A stretch of 5,997 bases of DNA from NCBI RefSeq assembly GCF_006345805.1, contig NW_021829453.1, positions 1 through 5,997 of the forward strand, in the 5' to 3' direction. A program made the position numbers and the translations under genes. The stretch's first letter is position 1, and each line of letters opens with the position of its first letter. The stretch comes from Octopus sinensis (taxonomy: Eukaryota). Under the pieces are notes generated by a model. The model did no database searches. It worked only from the letters and a program-made list of their open reading frames with translations, and was not told where the DNA came from. Positions 1 through 5,620 of the stretch are shown piece by piece.

Positions 1-108
1 TCGATAAAATAAAGTACAATTCAAGTACCTAGGTCGAGGTAATCGTTTAATCGCCCCCCCCCCCAACCTCGAAACTATTACCGTCGTGCCAAAATCAGGT
101 ACTCATAT
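1..108 (+). mobile_element. 3' part of a diverged SINE copy (family 1, tail type A), cut by the window edge
   Basis: TCGATAAAATAAAGTAC...GGTCGAGGTAATCG resembles the family-1 central domain at 246-292. It is followed by a C-run and GTGCCAAAAT (86-95), also present in reverse complement at 803-812. Confidence 0.6.
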
Positions 109-124
109 TAATTATTACATATGT

Positions 125-742
125 AAGGTCAATGTGTTGGCAGAAACGTTAGCACGCCGGGCGAAATGCTTCGCGGTATTTCGTCTGCCGTTACGTTCTG
201 AGTTCAAATTCCGCCGAGGTTGACTTTGCCTTTCATCCTTTCGGGGTCGATAAATTATGCACCAGTTACGCACTGGGGTCGATGTAATTGACTTAATACC
301 TATGTCTGTCCTTGTTTGTCCCCTCTATGTTTAGCCCCTTATGGGTAATAAAGAAATAGGTATTTCGTCTGCCGAGGTCGACTTTGCCTTTCATCCTTTC
401 GGGGTCGATTAAATAAGTACCAGTTACGCACTGGGGTCGATACAATCGACTAAATCGTCTGTCTGTCCTTGTTTGTCCTCTCTGTATTTAGCCCGTTGTG
501 GGTAGTAAAGAAATAGGTATTTCGTCAGCTTTTACGTTCTGAGTTCAAATTCCGCCGAGGTCGACTTTGCCTGTCATCCTTTCGGGGTCGATTAGATAAG
601 TACCAGTTACGCACTGGGGTCGATATAATCGACTTAATACCTATGTCTGTCCTTGTTTGTCCCTTCTGTGTTTAGCCCCTTGTGGGTAGTAAAGAAATAG
701 GTATTTCGTCAGCCGTTACGTTCTGAGTTCAAATTCCGCCGA
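125..742 (+). mobile_element. tRNA-derived SINE (family 1, tail type B) expanded into a head-to-tail tandem array: one headed copy, two 5'-truncated units and a partial fourth
   Basis: GGTATTTCGTC recurs at 175, 359, 516 and 700 (periods 184, 157, 184 bp). The units share GACTTTGCC..TCATCCTTTCGGGGTCGAT..ACCAGTTACGCACTGGGGTCGAT..GTCTGTCCTTGTTTGTCC..AAAGAAATA. Only the first unit has the A-box-like head. Confidence 0.85.
138..212 (+). promoter_or_regulatory. Pol III type-2 internal promoter-like A and B boxes of the family-1 SINE head
   Basis: TGGCAGAAACG (138-148) fits TRGYnnAnnnG. GTTCAAATTCC (202-212) is B-box-like but one base longer than the canonical spacing. Confidence 0.5.
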
Positions 743-791
743 TGTTTTTCGTATTTATCACATACATCACCGAAACATAGAAATGAAACAT

Positions 792-918
792 ATTGATTTC
801 AAATTTTGGCACAAGGCTACCAATTTCGGAGGAGGGGGGAAAAGTCGATTGTACTTATATTATCGTCCGCGGGAGGATGAAATGCAAAGTCACCCTCGGT
901 AGAATTTGAACTCAGAAC
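792..918 (-). mobile_element. 5'-truncated, internally deleted SINE copy (family 1, tail type A), inverted relative to the array
   Basis: The reverse complement reads GTTCTGAGTTCAAATTCTACCGAGGGTGACTTTGCATTTCATCCTCCCGCGGACGATAATATAAGTAC-AATCGAC...CCTTGTGCCAAAATTTGAAATCAAT. This matches 195-260 and lacks the CCAGT..ACTGGGGTCGAT segment. Confidence 0.75.
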
Positions 919-965
919 ACCAACACTGGTCTAATATGAATGAAACATGTTGTCATTTGAAAGTA

Positions 966-1265
966 TTGTTGTTTGTTTCTTTTCGAGCCATGCCTGGCTC
1001 ATAAGGGTCAGTTTCCCGGTTTCTTGGCGTATAGGTTCCCCACCTGGACTGGACGCCGGGTCCGTCGCAGGTGAGCTGCAGGAGGAAAGAGTGAGAGAAA
1101 GTTGTGGCGAAAGAGTCAGCAGAAGTTCACCATTACCTACTGTCAGAGCCGCGTGGAGCTTAGGTGTTTCGCTCAAAAACACACACATCTCTCGGTCTGA
1201 GATTCGAACCCGCGGTCCCTCGACCGCGAGTCCGCTGCTCTAGCCACTAGGCCATGCGTCTCCAC
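966..1265 (-). mobile_element. Full-length tRNA-derived SINE (family 2)
   Basis: A box TGGCCTAGTGG (1254-1244) and B box GGTTCGAATC (1210-1201) on the - strand, body homologous to 5347-5620, and an (AAC/AAAC)n tail. Confidence 0.9.
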
Positions 1266-1399
1266 TGTTTTATAGTATACTTTAAAAATAAAATATAATA
1301 CACAATCCACTTTCAAATGCATTGAGTACTTTCTCTGGTTTCCAGACACATCACTGCCGTAATTGCTTCTGTCACCCTATCACCTATATTTGCATAGGC

Positions 1400-2160
1400 T
1401 CCACCATGGCCACCACCACCAATACAGTCATTAACACCACCTGGTTCACTGTTAATATGCCATGTGATGCCTTTTACATATGCTACATCGATATCAACTG
1501 CAAAACTATAACCGCTACCATCACCAACACCACCACCACAACATCTACTACTACCACCACCACCATTACTACCACCATCACCACTGAAACTACTACTACC
1601 ACCGCCACTAATACTACCACTACAACTACTACCACCACAACTACTTCTGCTATTACTAATACTAATACTAATACTATTACTACTACTACTACAACTACTT
1701 CCACTACTACTACTATCACAGTTACCACCATCACCACTGAAACTACTACTACCACCATCACTAATACTACCACTACAACTGCTACCACCACAACTACTTC
1801 TGCCATTACTAATACTACTACTACTACTACTACTACCACTACCACTACAACTACTTCCACTACTACTACTATCACAGTTACCACCATCACCACTGAAACT
1901 ACTACTACCACCACCACTAATACTACCACTACAACTGCTACCACCACAACTACTTCTGCTATTACTAATACTAATACTATTACTACTACTACTACTACAC
2001 CACAACACTACTTCCACCACTACTACTATCACAGATACCACTACAAGTACAAAAGCAGTAGTGCTATACAAAGAGTACTGCTACTGCTACTCCTACACCA
2101 TCGCCACCACATGAACACCACCTCCCCTACTACATCCTCACCAGCGCCGCCACCACACAC
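1400..2160. repeat. Degenerate (ACT/ACC)n trinucleotide tract with a ~153-156 bp higher-order repeat (about 3 copies)
   Basis: ACCACCATCACCACTGAAACTACTACTACCACC starts at 1571, 1724 and 1880, and ACAACTACTTCTGC(T/C)ATTACTAATACTA recurs in each unit. Confidence 0.9.
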
Positions 2161-2200
2161 ACTTAACTGATTATCAATGTTATTAATTAATTACGAGATT

Positions 2201-2246
2201 TGTTGTTGCAGTTGTTGTTGTTGTTGATGCTGGTGTCGTTGTTGTT
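2201..2246. repeat. Imperfect (TTG)n microsatellite
   Basis: TGTTGTTGCAGTTGTTGTTGTTGTTGATG... Confidence 0.85.
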
Positions 2247-2335
2247 CCTTAATGGGAAATTGACCTGAGTTTCAGGTAGGGAACGGAGATTGGCGGAGGG
2301 GGGGGATGAGAGGCGAGGGCGGAGGAAATGAGAGA

Positions 2336-2351
2336 CAGTGTGTATGTGTGT

Positions 2352-2387
<36 letters not shown>

Positions 2388-2916
2388 TTGTATGTGTGTG
2401 CGATTGTATGTATGTTTGTGTGTCGTGAGAAAGTATGTCTGTGTATGTGTGTGTGAGTGTGTGTGTGTGTGTGTATCTGTGTGTCTGTGTGTCTGTGTGT
2501 GTGCGTTTGTGTGTGTGTGTGTTTGTGTGTGATTGTATATATGTTTGTGTCGTGAGAAAGTATGTCTGTGTGTGTGTGTGTCTGTGTGTGTGTGTGTATG
2601 TGTGAGTTTGTGTGTGTGTGTGTTTGTGTGTCGTGAGAAAGTATGTTTGTGTATGTGCGTGAGTTTGTGTGTGTGTGTTTGCGTGTCGTGAGGAAGTATG
2701 TGTCTGTACGTGCGTGTGTGTTTGTGTGTGACTGTGTGTGTGCGTCTGTATGTGTATGTGTGCTTGTGTGTGTGTGTGTGTGTACGTATGTGTTTGTGTG
2801 TATGTGAGTGTGTTTGGGTGTGTGCGCGTGTGCTGTGTGTTTCTGGATCTGGTTTGCATGTTTGTGTGTATGGGCGAGTAAATGTATGTATGTATGTACG
2901 TGTATTTATGTGTGTG

Positions 2917-2962
<46 letters not shown>

Positions 2963-3110
2963 CGTGCGATGTGTGTTTCTGGATCCGTTTTGTATGCTTG
3001 TGTGTATGGGGGGGTGAATACATGTGTGTATGCATCTGTGTATTTATGTGTGTATGTGTCTGTATATGTGTGAGTATCTATGTGTGAATGACGGTATGTG
3101 TGTGTATGTG

Positions 3111-3142
<32 letters not shown>

Positions 3143-3145
3143 CGC
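2336..3145. repeat. Long compound (TG)n tract with embedded reiterated motifs
   Basis: About 800 bp of interrupted TG repeats. GTCGTGAG(A/G)AAGTATG occurs at 2422, 2549, 2630 and 2685, and a GTGTGTTTCTGGATC block is duplicated at about 2835 and 2971. Confidence 0.95.
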
Positions 3146-3278
3146 GCGGAGGGGGAAGAGAATTAAAAAAACAAAAACAAAAATCAATATAATTAGGAAC
3201 GTGTTTTAAGCGAAATGAAAACCTAACACTTCAGAATGAAATATAAAATATAAAACCGACGGCGGTGATGGTGACATT

Positions 3279-3420
3279 CACCACCACCATCACCACCACC
3301 ACCACCACCTGCATCACTACCACCACCATCACCACCACAACCACCACCATTGCCACCACCAAAACCACCGCCACCAGCATCGCCACCATATTAGCAACGA
3401 CGATGACGACATCGACGATA
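3279..3420. repeat. Imperfect (ACC)n / (ACG)n trinucleotide tract
   Basis: CCACCACCATCACCACCACC... ending in ACGACGATGACGACATCGACG. Confidence 0.9.
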
Positions 3421-3509
3421 TGGATAAGATGGAGGATGTTTATCCAATTCGTCTCTCTTCCATTTTATCGTAATAATTCCGTTGACAAATCACAGCTTTA
3501 AAACATCTC

Positions 3510-3621
3510 TATACATACACACATACATACGCACACACACATACATACATACACATACATACATACATACATACATACATACGCACGTACGTACTATGCT
3601 TAAGCGAAACTATATATATAG

Positions 3622-3671
<50 letters not shown>

Positions 3672-3687
3672 CACATACACTATATAG

Positions 3688-3749
<62 letters not shown>

Positions 3750-3789
3750 GATATATATTATATTATATATATATATATATATATATAAT
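3510..3789. repeat. Compound (TACA)n/(CA)n followed by (TA)n microsatellite
   Basis: Direct reading of the sequence. Confidence 0.95.
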
Positions 3790-4165
3790 ATATTGAAATG
3801 GCAAAAATACGTCAGTTGTGTTACCGCTACTGTATATAACTCACATTGATATTTATCATTGTTTGATTTCACTTTTTCAATATCAGCGACAGTGGACGCT
3901 GGAAAAAGTATAAGTATTTGTGAAGGAAATCTAATTCTCGGCGACAACTATGATTGTCACACGCTGACGAGAGGTCAATACCTCGAAACTCGAGTCCGTG
4001 TGTATCATAAGTTGAAGACGGGAAGGATGACTTCCCTTTGCAAATACTGACAGGACACAGAAAGTGTGTCTATGGCCAGCTGGAGGAGTGTGTCCTCCTG
4101 GGGCTAAAACTACAGTAGCATCCACCCTTAGGGGTTAGCCATATTGAAATGGCAAAAATACGTCA
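3790..4165 (+). mobile_element. Hammerhead-containing 351-bp unit with a 25-bp terminal direct repeat, between (TA)n tracts; retrozyme-like or Penelope-derived non-autonomous element
   Basis: ATATTGAAATGGCAAAAATACGTCA is identical at 3790-3814 and 4141-4165. The unit contains a type I hammerhead and several hairpins, has no credible ORF, and has (TA)n on both sides. Confidence 0.7.
3945..4014 (+). ncRNA. Type I hammerhead ribozyme; predicted cleavage after GUC (3996|3997)
   Basis: Stem I CACACG 3958-3963 / CGUGUG 3997-4002. Core CUGACGA 3964-3970. Stem II GAGGU 3971-3975 / ACCUC 3980-3984 with loop CAAU. GAAA 3985-3988. Stem III A3988-U3995, C3989-G3994. GUC 3994-3996. Distal stem I AUGAU/AUCAU and CAACU/AGUUG beyond an internal loop. 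Confidence 0.92.
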
Positions 4166-4167
4166 CG

Positions 4168-4277
<110 letters not shown>

Positions 4278-4518
4278 AATTTAATCCAAACAAGAAAGCA
4301 CAAAAAAACACAACGCGAGGACGTGGAACCGAGTTTACGAAAAAAACAAAAGACGAAAGCAGGTGGTGTACAAAACAAACAGATGTATTAGTATAACGCT
4401 CAGGAATAGAAAAAGTCTTTTATGTTTCGAGCCTACGCTCTTCTACAAAAAGGGATACAGAGAAAAACAAGGAGAGAAAATAATGTGTGTAGTGGCTAAC
4501 GAACTATCATGACGACTG
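4278..4518 (-). mobile_element. Probable terminal (pseudo-LTR-like) fragment of a Penelope-like element
   Basis: A ~240-bp island between two (TA)n tracts that carries a minimal hammerhead-like motif on the - strand. No RT or GIY-YIG sequence is visible, and the boundaries are inferred from the TA tracts. Confidence 0.45.
4417..4452 (-). ncRNA. Degenerate minimal hammerhead ribozyme motif (Penelope type), probably inactive in this copy
   Basis: The - strand reads CUUU-UUGUAGA-A-GAGC(GUAG)GCUC-GAAA-CAUA-AAAG. Stem I (4 bp), stem II (4 bp) and GAAA are present. The core departs from CUGANGA at C3 and A6, and ACAU replaces the ACGU palindrome. Confidence 0.55.
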
Positions 4519-4537
4519 ATATATATATATATATATA
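4519..4537. repeat. (TA)n microsatellite
   Basis: Direct reading of the sequence. Confidence 0.9.
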
Positions 4538-4586
4538 AAGGATTTTTGCCAAATGACGTATTGTAATAAGTATGTAATATAAGTAC

Positions 4587-4661
4587 TCTCTCCAATGATG
4601 GTACAGTTAGCTTAGGTGGAAATCCTTGTTCAATGGCATATTTTCCACATGTATAACAATG
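4587..4661 (-). other. Possible 75-nt phase-0 exon (HCYTCGKYAIEQGFPPKLTVPSLER) of an unidentified host gene
   Basis: A long pyrimidine tract plus TTACAG acceptor precedes 4661 on the - strand. There are 25 open, non-repetitive codons, but the donor AGA|GTACTT is weak and the peptide is not recognised. Confidence 0.2.
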
Positions 4662-4875
4662 CTGTAAGAAGAAAAACGACAAGAAAGAAAATGGAGGCAG
4701 CAAGAAACAAAGCCGCCACCACGGATGCCTGGTGAACTTTGCAAGAATCGGCCTCATCGGTCATCAGAGGCATAAACACGGACAGAGGGGAAGAAGCGGT
4801 CAAGAAGAAGCCAAATGAATTATCGGACACAGGATAAAACGCCGACGCCGACGACGACAACTATTTTGCATTATG

Positions 4876-4890
4876 TATATATGTGTGTGA

Positions 4891-4925
<35 letters not shown>
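4876..4925. repeat. (TA)n microsatellite with a short (TG)n interruption
   Basis: Direct reading of the sequence. Confidence 0.9.
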
Positions 4926-4926
<1 letters not shown>

Positions 4927-5131
4927 CTACAAAATTAGAAAATGGAGAAACATAGTTACAATCAAATCAAACATCAACCATCCTATGATACCCAATCAAT
5001 AACTTAATCTACACCATTACATAACAGCAAAGGCATTAACATTTATGTATTAGTCTTGTTGGGTACCTCTCTTGCAGTATATTGGATATATGTTATCCCA
5101 TGGTGGGTTGAATTTTCAACCCCTATCTCAT

Positions 5132-5167
<36 letters not shown>

Positions 5168-5211
5168 GTGTATATGTATATATATATATATTATATATAT
5201 ATAATATATAT

Positions 5212-5246
<35 letters not shown>

Positions 5247-5269
5247 AGTGAGACAGACAGACAGACAGA
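5132..5269. repeat. Compound microsatellite (TA)n-(TG)n-(TA)n-(GA)n-(GACA)n
   Basis: Direct reading of the sequence. Confidence 0.95.
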
Positions 5270-5294
5270 AAATATAAATTAGTAGCAATATAGC

Positions 5295-5335
5295 TACAGG
5301 TGTCAATCCATTACCGTAATGGATTGAGACCTGTA
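5295..5335. repeat. 41-bp near-perfect palindrome; possible miniature Tc1/mariner-type derivative (TA-CAGG...CCTG-TA)
   Basis: TACAGGTGTCAATCCATTAC (5295-5314), C, GTAATGGATTGAGACCTGTA (5316-5335): 20-bp arms with one mismatch. Confidence 0.8.
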
Positions 5336-5346
5336 CCTCTACTGTT

Positions 5347-5620
5347 GTGGATGCACATGGCCTAGTGGTTAGAGCAGCGGACTCGCAGTCGAGAGATCGC
5401 AGGTTCGAATCTCAGACCGGGCGATATGTGTGTGTATGAGCAAAACCCCTATGCTCCACGCGGCTCCAGCAGAAGGTAATGGCGAACTCTTTCGGCACAA
5501 CTTTCTCTCACTCATTCGTCCTGCATTTTGCAGCTCACCTGCAATGGACCGGCGTCCCCTCCAATGAAACCGGGAAACCGGCCCATTATGAGACAGGCAT
5601 GGCTCGAGAAGGAACAAACA
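5347..5620 (+). mobile_element. tRNA-derived SINE (family 2) with a 12-bp target-site duplication
   Basis: A box TGGCCTAGTGG 5358-5368, B box GGTTCGAATC 5402-5411, and an AACAAACA tail. The TSD is ACCTCTACTGTT (5335-5346) / ACCTCTATTGTT (5621-5632). Confidence 0.92.

Noticed and set aside
636-712. Minus-strand CUGACGA followed by a 9-bp helix (also the motif at 522-528) as a hammerhead
   Set aside because: The helix is followed by AAG rather than GAAA, and no stem III, cleavage triplet or stem I can be built.
931-1243. ORFs here and at 5369-5715
   Set aside because: They lie within family-2 SINE copies, and their mutual similarity reflects SINE homology.
1195-1265. tRNA gene (also 5347-5420)
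   Set aside because: A and B boxes are present, but no acceptor stem closes and the sequence runs into a SINE body and tail.
945-1280. Target-site duplication for the minus-strand family-2 SINE
   Set aside because: The flanks (…TTGAAAGTA versus TGTTTTATAGTA…) do not give a convincing match.
1313-2170. 252-282 aa Thr-, Ser/Gly- and Val-rich ORFs on both strands
   Set aside because: Overlapping open frames on both strands are expected from an ACT/ACC tract, the repeat register shifts frame near 2000, and no domain is recognisable.
2422-2700. CRISPR-like repeat-spacer appearance (also the 184-bp array)
   Set aside because: The spacers are TG microsatellite of irregular length, the context is eukaryotic, and there are no cas genes.
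2187-3209. Multiple His/Thr-rich and Val/Cys-rich ORFs
   Set aside because: They are translations of (TG)n/(CA)n, which lack stops in several frames.
3482-3947. Ile/Tyr-rich ORFs here and at 4149-4391 and 5043-5306
   Set aside because: They are translations of (TA)n tracts.
4128-4138. TTAGGG telomeric motif
   Set aside because: It is a single copy within a hairpin, with no array.
4740-4775. Minus-strand CUGAUGA at 4767-4761
   Set aside because: No stem II closed by GAAA follows.
4630-4860. 76-aa ORF with an apparent transmembrane helix
   Set aside because: It starts at TTG, and the hydrophobic stretch is simply the T/C-rich pyrimidine tract.
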